Shown here one piece after another: positions 41,131-52,800 of a stretch of 64,000 bases of DNA. Origin of the DNA: Phoronis australis (Eukaryota; Animalia; Phoronida); NCBI GenBank assembly GCA_002633005.1, contig NMRA01000261.1, forward strand, positions 186,001-250,000. The letters run 5' to 3'. Made by a program: the position numbers and the translations under genes. Under the pieces are notes generated by a model that was not told the DNA's origin, did not search any database, and saw only the letters and a program-made list of their open reading frames with translations. The stretch's first letter is position 1. Every line of letters begins with the position of its first letter.

Positions 41131-41840
41131 TCATAAGGTCAACGGGTCACATTTTCTATATAAGGGAAATGTGCAACATCTATGCATTGCACTAAATAAG
41201 CCAAAGGAGAGGTGCTTTGCCTTGTGAGAGAAAAGCAACGAAGTGACATTCAAGCAGAACAGAACGATTTTTTTTTTGAAAATTGAAACTAAGGTAAAAT
41301 GCAACGATTTTTTTTTTTGAAAATTGAAACTAAGGTAAAATGCTTGGACGTGAACAGAAATTCAAAATCTTGACAAACAAATCGCAAAAATGCCTAGTGA
41401 ACAGGTTTGACTTCTTTTTCAATGGCAGAGAACCACTCTGAATAATGTAATCTAGTCCAATTTTCATGTTCTCTGACATTTTAAACAACAAATCAAGAAT
41501 GAGAATATTATTTTGACACCCAATTAAACCCATTCCACTGGACTGACCTGTTCATAAAACACAGCCTTTGAAACATCCCAGCAACACAAGAGTTGTAGAT
41601 GTGGCCCATGGCATGAAATGCCCCACTGTGTTGTCACAAGTTTTCTGATGTCATTGTTCCACATACACAAGATCACCTAAACCTCACGCCATTTTCGTAT
41701 TGTCCGAATCCACACTAAAACTCACGGGTACCACAACCTTCACATGACAACCTGAAATTACAAATATTGATAAAGCACTAGCTAAGGTGCTGCAGTAACA
41801 GTCACCGAAATAGTTCTAGGCTCAGAATGAGAAGCTGGTA

Positions 41841-41912
41841 TGCATTTATTCACATGACGAGAAGTGCATTTATTCACATGACGAGAAGTGCATTTATTCA
41901 CATGACGAGAAG
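41841..41912. repeat. 24-bp tandem repeat x3 (TGCATTTATTCACATGACGAGAAG)
   Basis: Seen directly in the sequence. Confidence 0.9.
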
Positions 41913-42099
41913 TTGAGTACAACATAGAGTTGTGAAATATGCCATTATAGACAAAAATGACAGACACTTATTACGTAACTACAAAATATTTAGGATTATT
42001 ATGACACAGGGTGATCACCTGTACTATGCCAGGCCACAGACAGTGCTGGTCTTCAATAGAACAATTTATGGAAATGCAGGTGTATCTTTGGTAAAAGCA

Positions 42100-42742
42100 A
42101 GTCGATTTTGACCAAAAACATACAAAATCATTTTGGGAGTTTAATAATTCTCTCCTAAAAAAAATTGAGTATATTGCTGCAGTCAAGAATACTATTAAAT
42201 TAGTTAAACAACAGTATATGACTGACGACATTCAGACAGTTGATACTACAAATAATTCAGATTTTGTCTATAAATGATCAACTTTTTCTTGAAACGTTGT
42301 TGATGGAGATTCACGGCACAACAATTTCCTTTGCTACTTACTTAAAAAGAAAAGTGATAGAGTTGAGCAGCAACTTATCAAAGAAATAAGTTTGTTGGAA
42401 AAAAGTCTAAGCTTTGACAGGGAACTACTGGAACAAAAAATAATCTACTTGCCGAGCTAAGGCAAAATAAGTTAAGAGGTTTTATGACTAGGTCGAGATC
42501 AAGATGGATTGAAGAAGGTGAAAAGCCTTCCAAATATTTTCTTCACTTGGAAAATAGGCATTACACAAGTAGATCTATGCCTTTTTTGAGGAAATCTGAC
42601 AACACTAAAACCAATAGTGAAGAAGAGGTTATTCAGGCAACCAAAACTTTTTATGAAAATCTATACAAATATAGACAGTCTAACAATACTGCTTTAGAAA
42701 CTCTTCTTGATATCGTGGTGTCTCCAAACTGAATGAGACAGA
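42100..42742 (+). mobile_element. L1/Tx1-clade LINE ORF2 fragment (endonuclease-RT linker)
   Basis: Contains WEFNNSLL, INDQLFLETLLMEIHG and RSRSRWIEEGEKPSKYFLHLENR...FYENLY motifs. Truncated by the transposon at 42743. Confidence 0.88.
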
Positions 42743-43742
42743 CATAGGCGGATTGGGGGGGGGAGCCCAGGGGGTCCTGCCCCACCCCCTCCTCCCTTTG
42801 GCTGCCGCAAAAAAATAAAACAGCAAGAGCGTAGGGAAATGTTGAGTTTATTAATTAACCCTGGTAATTAACACTATACAGCGGAAACATGATTGAAATG
42901 TGTGCAGTTTTAGTGTGTTGGGGGGGGCTTCAGATCCAATTTCAAGTGTTAAATTCGGAACACGACTCAATCGTAACGGAACTATGGCTAAGTATAGGCT
43001 ATCCCGCGATATCCCAGGCGACCAGCAGTGGCGCTGCACACTACGACTCCGTTTCCGTCGTCTGCTCCACTGTGCAATGAAGAAAATTTATTTCATTTTT
43101 TAAAGAAAATGGAACCTGAGTGATAATGAAAAAACAGAAGCTGCTGGTAAGATGTCAATTTTGATCGAAGCCTTAGTGAATCACTCAGAAACTCATAATT
43201 CTCTCTTTGTCAAACCTAAAGACGATTTCCAAAGCAATCGCGTCATTAATGCCAACACAAAATAACGGATTTGGTCTTTTGGGCAATTAAGACTATTTTA
43301 AATACAACAAATTTGTTACGAACTGATTGCACAAAATATAAAAAGTGTAATACACATTACAAAAAGAAGTAGTTTTCGCACGCGAACGCTGTGGACCATA
43401 AACAAGGTCTCTTAGTATCGAATTACGAGTGAAATTCGTGGTGGTGTAGTGGTTAAGCATGTGCGCTCTAAACCCCAGGTCGTGAGTTCGAGTCTGTGGT
43501 AATTGCAGTTTTTTTCAAGTTTGACACGTTCTCAGTGTTTTTTATTTCTTTGCTTTTTTTCTTGGATAATACTTCAGGAATCTAGGAGAATGCTTGATTT
43601 TTAGAGGAAAAAAAAAGAAAAATTTTCCTGGGCGGTAGGGGGGTTTGCATTCGGTCCTATGCGCATCCACAATCATGCTTTGCGCAAATGCTTACAGACA
43701 AAATGTAGGGCCCCCCCTTGTGATATCCAAGATCCGCCACTT
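42743..43742 (+). mobile_element. Non-autonomous GC-tipped DNA transposon (hAT5-like), copy 2
   Basis: Termini CATAGGCGGAT / ATCCGCCACT. It is the reverse-complement homologue of 29740-30747. The flanks do not form a TSD. Confidence 0.8.
43435..43515 (+). ncRNA. tRNA-like Pol III cassette inside the transposon (degenerate)
   Basis: A-box TGGTGTAGTGG (43442), B-box GTTCGAGTC (43486) and a T7 terminator (43509-43515). Confidence 0.55.
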
Positions 43743-45399
43743 AGTTCTGCAAAGAACTATGCACAGGTCGAGAAAGAGGGACTAGCTCTGATTTTTGGTG
43801 TGAAGCGCTTTCACATGTACTTATTTGGTCGTATGTTCACTCTTGTGACTGACCACGAGTCGCTTACTCGCATTTTTGGGCCTAAGGCTGGAATTCCAAC
43901 GATCGGAGCTGCTCGTTTTAAGCGCTGGGCACTGGTGTTATCCGGTTACAATTTTGAGATAGTGCACAAGTGATCACATCTGAATGCCAATGCTGATGCA
44001 CCGAGTCATCTTCCGTGGATCAGCCAGAAACTGCGTCTAAAGTGGAGACTTACTCGATTCTCTTTGTTACCGAGGACTCTATTCCGGTAACGGCATCTGA
44101 CATCCGTGATTCTACCCGTAAGGACCCGATTCTTTCTAGGGTATATGATTTTGTATCGCATGGCTGGCCTGATCATGTCGATAGTATTGAACTGCAACCG
44201 TATTTTCTGCGCAGAGATGAAGTGTCACTTGAAGATGAATGCCTTTTGTGGGGCCATTGAGTTATTATACCAGCCAAGTTTCAAGCTAAACTTATGTCGG
44301 ATGTGCATGATTTGCATACCGGTATGGTGCGGATGAAATCGAACGCCAGTGGTTACTTTTGGTGGCCTGGCCTGGATAAGGACATTGAGGATTTAGTGCG
44401 TTCGTGTGGTTATTGTGCTCGATTTCGTAACATGCCAAAACCTTCACCATTGATTCCGTGGCCATGGGCAACCAGGCCCTGGCAGAGAGTACACATCGAT
44501 TATGCTGAAAAGGATGGTAAGGATTATCTTATTGTTGTGGATAGCCACTCCAAGTGGTTGGAGGTGTTTCCCATGTTGGGAACGACTTCAACTCACACCA
44601 TTGTGAAATTACGTCAGCTGTTCGCGTCTTACGGCTTGCCTTATGAGCTTGTGTCAGATAATGGCCCACAGTTTCGATCCGCAGAATTTGAGACATTTCT
44701 GCGCTTGAATGGTGTCAAGCACACGTTCAGTCCCAATTATCATCCTGCTAGTAATGGACAGGCGGAACGTTATGTGCAGATTTTCAAAGACATGTTGGAC
44801 AAATCTGATACACGCTTGCCATTGTCGCATCGCTTATCGAACTTGTTGTTCTCATATCGCAACACGCCACATTCTGTCACTGACAAAACTCCAGCCGAAC
44901 TATTTCTGAAACGTGCTCCGTGCACTAAGCTCACCCTGCTGAAACCGAACTTACAGGAATCTGTGGAAAGGAAGCAGAGTTGCCATAAATCCACTCATGA
45001 TGGTCAAACACCTAAACTGCGACAGTACAATCTTTATCAACATGTACTCGTTTGGCAAACACGCGGTGGGAAGGAGAAATGGATTCCAGTGTTGTCACCA
45101 AGGTTACTGGACCATTGACATATGTAGTGCAAGTGTATGGAAACAATTATCGTTTCGTACATGCTGATCACCTTATTGCAGACGATTCTTCTATTCCTGA
45201 ACGCGTTGAACTTAATTCAGAGCAGATATCTGTGGACCAGGCATCGATTGCGGCTAGCGATTCACCAGTTGAATCAGTCAGTATTTCAAACACACATTCG
45301 GACTCGAGATTTTCGGACTCTGCACCTGTGTCACCTGAGTTGGTGTCATTGCGCAGGTCCACTCGTGTTACTAAGGCACCGGACAGATTGGATTTGTGA
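43743..45399 (+). pseudogene. Gypsy/Ty3 LTR retrotransposon pol remnant (RNase H + integrase)
   Basis: RNase H motif NYAQVEKEGLALIFGVKRFH..TLVTDH. Integrase HHCC (HDLH..CGYC) and DDE (HIDY, SDNGPQF, NGQAER). A frameshifted GPY/F-like tail ends LRRSTRVTKAPDRLDL. Stops at 43971 and 44258. Confidence 0.95.
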
Positions 45400-45515
45400 T
45401 TTGTGTCTTAGCTGAACATTAGTTTAAGTGCATTTGTAGTTATCCTTGGAACTTGAGCGTTAATGGTGACGGAACTTTATTTCAAGGACATTTAAGTGGT
45501 TTGTTAGTCTCATGT

Positions 45516-45660
45516 AGGAGGGAAGAGTGTGGTATACCCTGCTTACTAGTTTGTGAGATCACCACGAGAAGTCTCCGGTAGCGGGGGCTTCCAGGGGATC
45601 ACATGTTTTTAGTTAAGTAGAAATATACTCTTTTCTTAGTAATTAATAGTAATACACTAC
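45516..45660 (+). mobile_element. Polypurine tract and 3' LTR of the Gypsy element
   Basis: AGGAGGGAAGAG (45516-45527) is immediately followed by TGTGGTAT, a TG LTR start. The probable end is ATACACTAC at ~45660, an imperfect inverted match to the start. Confidence 0.7.
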
Positions 45661-46295
45661 GGGGTGCATGCAAACTCTGGGAATCAACCGACACTCACCT
45701 TGCCCATTACAGCCGTTTAAGTGAAAAACAATGCAATAAACTTTCCTGCGTAACTCTCCGCCTTTTCTAACAATGAAAAGTATGTCGTTGTTTTGAAAAC
45801 AGTACGCTCGTGTCACGCACACGCGCCATTTCCTAAATTTTTGCGACATCTCTCGGGAGATGATGATAGCTTGGCACCAGCAAAATTCGTTTTTTCGGTA
45901 TCAAAATTCTAAAAATTTATAATGAGGTGAAACCAGTTCAAATAATTTGTTGTGACGTGTACGCTCTTGTGAAAGAACAACAGTTGATTGAAGAATCGGC
46001 GAAAAAAGAAACTGGCCAATAGGTGATGATGGCAGTATTTCATGGCGCGGAAAGTCCTCGCTAAAGATGATGCTCCACAACTTTAGCAGCACAAAAACAG
46101 TAACAGTAGAAAGCCATTTTATCCAACGCCATTAAATAATTTAGTTTACCAAGGAAGACTGTTTACTGTTGTTTTTAATGACACTAATTTTGAGTCAGAT
46201 TTTATCTTACCACTTTTGACCCACATCGGTGCAAAGCTGTATATTTAGTATACACAGCTTTGTACCAACTACCAAGCCTAAGGCTAGTGTTTTAG

Positions 46296-46354
46296 TAGGC
46301 AATGACCATCGCCTCTGTTGGCTTCGGGCCAACAGAGGCGATGGTCATTGCCTA
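46296..46354. repeat. Perfect 27-bp palindrome with a 5-nt loop
   Basis: TAGGCAATGACCATCGCCTCTGTTGGC-TTCGG-GCCAACAGAGGCGATGGTCATTGCCTA, flanked by the direct repeat TAGTGTTTTAGT. Confidence 0.95.
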
Positions 46355-46499
46355 GTGTTTTAGTTACTTTGTCTTTGATAAGTTTGATGTCCTGCTGATT
46401 ACACTTTGGCCAAGGCTACAGTAGTCTCTGACTACTCTTTCCGTCACTCACGCAACAACAGCTTATTATTCTAGACTTCAGACTTCAACTTCACCCTGG

Positions 46500-46924
46500 T
46501 TATTCAGTAATCGTGTCTCCCGCGAGTTGAGTTTGGGTGGTGTTGATTGGACATTCATTGACGGCGCCTGTTCGTCTGCTTAACAAAAACATCTTTTCCA
46601 GTATAGAACTGCCGTATAATAGCATTATCAGGAAAGTTTAATATAATTAAGAATTTCGTCCGCAACTAATTCTTTATTTACCAGTAATTGATTAATAACC
46701 GGCAGTATGAGGAAGATATTTGGGATTATCTTTTATTCGAATGTATTCTTTTTTGTTTCCGGTAGAATCGAACGATTTGCTGGTGCGACAAAATGCACCA
46801 ATCGTGATTGTGATTGGGTTGGTGTGTTGACTGCCCGTGAGTGAACAAGGTTCGTCGAGTTCCGAACGGTATCTGAATGCGAATTCGGAGATTTTAATTC
46901 TCACGTTAACAAACATAGAGTACG
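46500..46924 (+). promoter_or_regulatory. Probable FDPS promoter and non-coding first exon
   Basis: CpG-rich, with CCAAT at 46798 and ATTGG at 46813 and 46546. Donor ACG|GTGAGT at 46924/46925. The first coding exon starts with an acceptor (49703) 9 nt before the ATG, so an upstream exon is expected. Confidence 0.55.
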
Positions 46925-48235
46925 GTGAGTTGTGTTTGATATGTTTTTATAGCCAGCCATGTGTCAAAATGCACGGCACCAGCAAAAAAGCGTTTTTCGC
47001 GAGCGTGTCTAATTTGTTTGGCCTACTAGACACCCGGGGGGGGGGCGGCCCGTGCCTGCAGGCGTGTGACCGTGTACCAAAAATTGCGCGTAGGCGGTAC
47101 TTTTTCAGCAAGTTCTGGGTTGTCGTTTAGGCAATGACCATCGCCTCTGTTGGCCCGAACCAGAGGCGATGTAGAGGCTATAGGCGCTCTGTACGCCGGA
47201 AGCTTTTCGGCGAATTATGCCTCGCACCGACTAAACCATCAAAGTCACGTTGTTATAAATACCTTTTGCGCATAGAGGAACACCNNNNNNNNNNNNNNNN
47301 NNNNNNNNNNNNNNNNNNNNNNNNNNNNNNNNNNNNNNNNNNNNNNNNNNNNNNNNNNNNNNNNNNNNNNNNNNNNNNNNNNNNNNNNNNNNNNNNNNNN
47401 NNNNNNNNNNNNNNNNNNNNNNNNNNNNNNNNNNNNNNNNNNNNNNNNNNNNNNNNNNNNNNNNNNNNNNNNNNNNNNNNNNNNNNNNNNNNNNNNNNNN
47501 NNNNNNNNNNNNNNNNNNNNNNNNNNNNNNNNNNNNNNNNNNNNNNNNNNNNNNNNNNNNNNNNNNNNNNNNNNNNNNNNNNNNNNNNNNNNNNNNNNNN
47601 NNNNNNNNNNNNNNNNNNNNNNNNNNNNNNNNNNNNNNNNNNNNNNNNNNNNNNNNNNNNNNNNNNNNNNNNNNNNNNNNNNNNNNNNNNNNNNNNNNNN
47701 NNNNNNNNNNNNNNNNNNNNNNNNNNNNNNNNNNNNNNNNNNNNNNNNNNNNNNNNNNNNNNNNNNNNNNNNNNNNNNNNNNNNNNNNNNNNNNNNNNNN
47801 NNNNNNNNNNNNNNNNNNNNNNNNNNNNNNNNNNNNNNNNNNNNNNNNNNNNNNNNNNNNNNNNNNNNNNNNNNNNNNNNNNNNNNNNNNNNNNNNNNNN
47901 NNNNNNNNNNNNNNNNNNNNNNNNNNNNNNNNNNNNNNNNNNNNNNNNNNNNNNNNNNNNNNNNNNNNNNNNNNNNNNNNNNNNNNNNNNNNNNNNNNNN
48001 NNNNNNNNNNNNNNNNNNNNNNNNNNNNNNNNNNNNNNNNNNNNNNNNNNNNNNNNNNNNNNNNNNNNNNNNNNNNNNNNNNNNNNNNNNNNNNNNNNNN
48101 NNNNNNNNNNNNNNNNNNNNNNNNNNNNNNNNNNNNNNNNNNNNNNNNNNNNNNNNNNNNNNNNNNNNNNNNNNNNNNNNNNNNNNNNNNNNNNNNNNNN
48201 NNNNNNNNNNNNNNNNNNNNNNNNNNNNNNNNNNN

Positions 48236-48418
48236 GGGGGGGGCTCAGGCAGAATCGTGTTGGGTTTTTTTTAGTCCTCCGATAGATTTTGGGGCGCCAG
48301 AGTCGCATCGCCGGCCCCCGTCAACTTTTCAGGCGCCTGAGCATACCATCGCGCTTTGCCCAATTGTCCGAGGCAACAAGTATGGGCCCCCCCTTATGGT
48401 ATCCTAGATCCGCCACTG
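48236..48418. mobile_element. Right end of another GC-tipped (hAT5-like) element, running into the gap
   Basis: GGGCCCCCCCTTATGGTATCCTAGATCCGCCACTG matches the 43710-43742 terminus. Confidence 0.7.
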
Positions 48419-49059
48419 AGACCTGGCACCCGCAATAGAAGTCTCTTAGCAATTTTTGGTCCACGCCTGCAGGCACCTTAGATCGCCAATGAATTATGTG
48501 CTTTCCGTGTTGGGTTTTGTTGATGTTGCTACTTGAGAAATGCTCACCAAAAATGAAAGCGCTTTCCGTGAGCGTCATTCAATTGCACAATCTCAGTAAG
48601 GGTTTCGAAGCACCTAAGGTATATTCTGGGAAGCGATGTCAGGTGGTGCTTTTATAAACAATAATAATGCATTTCCTGTGGACACCGAAAAGTATGCAGA
48701 CAATAACCTTGTAATTGGAATGCTCAACCAATTAACTGTTTGATTCACAAATGCTGAAGCAATTACCTGTTATAATAAATTGGATATAAAGTGCTCTTCC
48801 AAAACTTCAGTCATCTCCCTTTCCACGGTTTGTTCTAAAAATGCAAATTATAGGTCAGCTAACCAAAAATAAATTGTCACCTTGATTATAAGGAAACAGG
48901 TCTGTCAACAGATGTTTTTAAGATATCGCCAAGTAAATTGACCTGGTAATGAGATTGGACTTAACGTATTTGGTCAAAAAGGACAAGATTTATTGACAGA
49001 TGAGTCTGAACTTGTTGATCTTATTGGTTTTTAATATATTTCCACTGAAAGTAAAGGCC

Positions 49060-49520
49060 TGCTACCAGTGATAACTGTCTGTCAGCAAAATACACTGAAC
49101 GATCACCAGCCCTACTCCAAGTAGGATTGGTGGATCAACTAGTGGCACTCCTGTTCCTAGGAAGATAAGAAGTCTGGTGAAAAGTATCGTACATTGGGTG
49201 GAGTCGTATGTTGACCAGTAAATGTTTCTTTGAACCACTTGCCACTTGCCTATCGAAACACAAGAACAACGGTGGAGACCCACAGCTGAATCTACTCCAG
49301 ACCAGTCTGCGTAGTTTTGCCCATACTTACAGAACAGAGCCACCACCACCAGCCTTGCAACCATGTGTGATCACCCTGCAGTGGTAGACCACATACTTAT
49401 TGAGCTCCATAGCTGTGAACCTTTTAGAAATTTTTCTACCAAACTCAGACAAATATATGACTACTTACTCCTAGGTAAAACCTGCAATCCTGACTACGTC
49501 CTATGTCTTGACTGCAGTTG
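49060..49520 (+). mobile_element. Highly degraded LINE ORF2 C-terminus (I-group-like, tentative)
   Basis: Broken-frame EPPPP..MCDHPAVVDHILIE resembles the terminal CxxC..TVxHILxxC knuckle. Confidence 0.3.
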
Positions 49521-49712
49521 GGTAATACAATAAAGAATTAGTGCAGTAGAGACAATTATTTCTGTATTCAGTGGGTTCTTAATGAAAAGAATTCAGAATG
49601 CAGATTACTCCATTCCTAAATTACATTCAGTGATACTTGATTCTATTGTTCAGACTGTAGATTGATTTTTCAGTGTACATTCTCTGATTTCATTTTTTCG
49701 CAGGACTGAATC

Positions 49713-49850
49713 ATGAGTCAAAACGGTTGTAAAAAACCACGAAATGAAATGTCAGAATTTGATGATGTTTGGCCTGAAATAGTTGACGTTTTGACTAAAA
49801 AAGGAATAAAAAACAAAGAAGTTGGGGATGCTTACACCCGATTTAAAGAG
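49713..49850 (+). CDS. FDPS: FDPS coding exon 1 ([10 protein letters not shown]...YTRFKE)
   Basis: Acceptor TTTTTTCGCAG at 49703, ATG at 49713, donor GAG|GTAAGT. Confidence 0.9.
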
Positions 49851-52800
49851 GTAAGTAAACTTTGTCTGATGTGAATATTCATGTCATTGGGAATCCACAG
49901 TTTGTACAATAAATTTTCAGGTATTCCATTAAGAATGATAGCCAAAATGTCCTCGCTTGTAGTGAAGTACAATTCTGATTACTTTTGTTCGGAAGTGTGA
50001 CTAAATAGAATTTAAATTTTCCACCATGCTATAGTAGTGGATAGGTGAATAATTACTGTTAGTATCCTTTAAGGTACATTTAAATCCTTTTAAAAGTACT
50101 CTCACGTTTTTATTTACCCTTTGGTGAAGTGTAAGGTTGTATTGCAGGTGTTACAATATAATGTACCTCATGGAAAGAAGAACCGAGGATTGTCTGTTGT
50201 TGCCTCGTACAAACTGTTTGTAACAAATCCAGATGATGATGATCTCAAGATTGCTCGCGTGCTTGGATGGTGTATTGAATTGGTAGGAGCCATTCTTGTC
50301 AGGGAGAAGGGCCGCTATTTTTATGTTATTTCTGGTTAAAGTGAAATTTTCTGGTTATCCTAGATAAATTTTTGAGGTCAATTAATTTGCGTCTGGTTCA
50401 AATTAATTATGCATACATCACTCTGAATGTGATGTTCGGTATCGGACCTAGTTTGTGTGAAAATGCATAATAGACTTTTGATTGTATCTACTTTTTGCCA
50501 AAAGAATTGACATAATTATTTACCTGCGACGTTTATTCTCAGATAATCGTAGATTGAACTTGAACTCATTTAAGTTTGATTTAGCCATTGTTGACTCTGT
50601 AATTGCTGGATTCAACAACCTCAAAAACACGAATCAGGCACGAGGTGACCCGTCCACATGTATACGAAACATCTGGCTTTGAGTCACTACAGTGTCTGCA
50701 ACTGTTGACACTTTGCATTTCAAATAGCACTCCTAGCATGTGGCACAGTAGCAGAGAAGGGAATTACTGACAATATGTCATTTTTCTTCAGAACATGTTT
50801 AGTCGTATCTTCATGATCTTTGCGTACATGGCACTTTGGAACGAAATATTTGCCGCACACATGATAGTTTTGTTCTGCTTTAGCCATGATGTGAATGGGC
50901 AACACTGCATTTTTGACATGAACGAGCCTACTCGAATGGATCTTGTCAGCTACTGGAAATCAGTGACACGGAACTCCTATAGTCTGTGAGAGCTCATAAT
51001 ACTTGCATCCTGGTAAGCAGTAACTGCCACACATACTGGATAAGACTGAGAGAAAGGCAAATAGTGGTCTAGCTTATTATAAGCTGACATACACATAGAC
51101 ACAGTCAATTTCATATACAGTGCTTGTGAACTAAGCTGGTGTCATTTCCGGAGTAGCAGATGCGTAACTAATTACAACCACAGGCAATTTTATCAACTTG
51201 AATTTATCTAGGATAACCGGAAAATTTGGCTTAACCAAAAGTGACAGTGAAAACTGGGAGCTTTCTTGTAAAGGTCTTTTGTTATGTTCTACCAACAAAC
51301 ATTAACACATGTTCCATATATGATTTTTATTGTAGCCTGGTGTATTGTTAAGGAGTATGTTTTTGACTTGAATTAATGTTTTTTTGTTAAATTTGGCCCA
51401 GGTGGATTCTTTTGCAATAGAATATTTGATTGTTAAGAAAAGTGAAATGTCGCTTTCTAAAGTTATGAAAATACACAGAAAGTAAGAGCCAGTTCCTAGT
51501 TAATTTCTGTATTTGAAGGAAATGTTTTTTAAATGTGTTTCTAAACAGACGTCCAGTGGTCCTGTCGAAGAAAACATCTGCTTGCTTTCTGCTTCGTCTG
51601 CTTTGTGTGAGAGCAAGTAATTGCTAGATCGCCACATCTCTATCACTTTGGGTGACCAAGTCACCTAGTGTGATATTATGTCACACTTCAGAACTGATTG
51701 CAGCAGGTTTTGTCTTTAATTTTTTAAATTTCCGAAAACCACAGGTCATACCCTTTTATTTGCTAATCTCAAAAAAAAGAATTGCAGAAATATAGTCTTA
51801 TTTGTGCAAAATGCGAAAAATTATAAATCACAAAACTTTGGCTCCTAAAGGGGTTGGTGCCTGACTACTTCCTTTGAAAATTATATCACCCTTTTTTCAT
51901 TGACAACAATTGCCCTGATCCTCGAGTCAATCAATTCAAGTCTAGCTCCTCCATGTTGAGTCATAGAGAGATTCTTCATTTTCACCCACTTTGTCTCATT
52001 GACACCCCGCTCATACCAAGAACTATCTGTCTAGCATCCTCACTTTTCCTTTCTTAAACAAGTGTCCAACACTGCGGAGATCCGACCACTTAAATTCGCT
52101 CTACAGCAGTGAGACACGCCATTTCTCAGGTACTCTTCCATCTCACCTGCTTCTCTGACAAAATACATCCCTAAGTTTCCAGATTAAGTTTTGTGTTTTA
52201 TAATTAATTGTAATTCACTTGGATGAATGGTAATGTCCATTATCTCTCCACTATTTGAATATTTTCTAAATCGAATGCATTGTTTGATAATTTTAGCTCC
52301 ACCAGATTTCTCAGTCTTTTGTTGAATACATGCTGATTTGTATGTATTATTTATTTCAGCTGCAAGCTTTTTTTCTAGTCTCTGATGACATGATGGATCA
52401 GTCAGTGACCAGAAGAGGGCGCCCATGCTGGTATAAAGTGGTGAGTTGCTGTAATGTATTATATGGTGACATTATATCATAGGTGCAGAAAGTCACAACA
52501 AGCCAACAGCTGTTAGGAAATAAAACAAAGTATCCAGTAGGTTTACTATTTTTGTATAAACATTATTTTATTCCTACAAACCCCAAGTTGAAAATGTGAA
52601 GCTTGTCCTAATGTGGCATTATTGTCTGCTTTCTAGCCTGGTGTTGGAGATGTGGCCATCAATGATTCATTTTACCTGGAGTCTTCCCTTTATGAACTGA
52701 TCAAACATTACTGTAAACACAAGAAGTACTATGTGGATATTGTGGAACTGTTTCATGAGGTACGTAGTATTCTGTCTGCTTCCTTGGTTAACATCTATGG

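Noticed and set aside
41265-41343. 39-bp exact tandem duplication containing a T-run
   Set aside because: A simple local slippage or assembly duplication with no functional signal.
43435-43515. Functional tRNA, possibly an amber suppressor (CTCTAAA loop)
   Set aside because: The anticodon, T and acceptor stems do not pair, and the sister copy has a different loop sequence.
47134-48308. 383-aa and 351-aa ORFs
   Set aside because: Artefacts of translating through the N gap.
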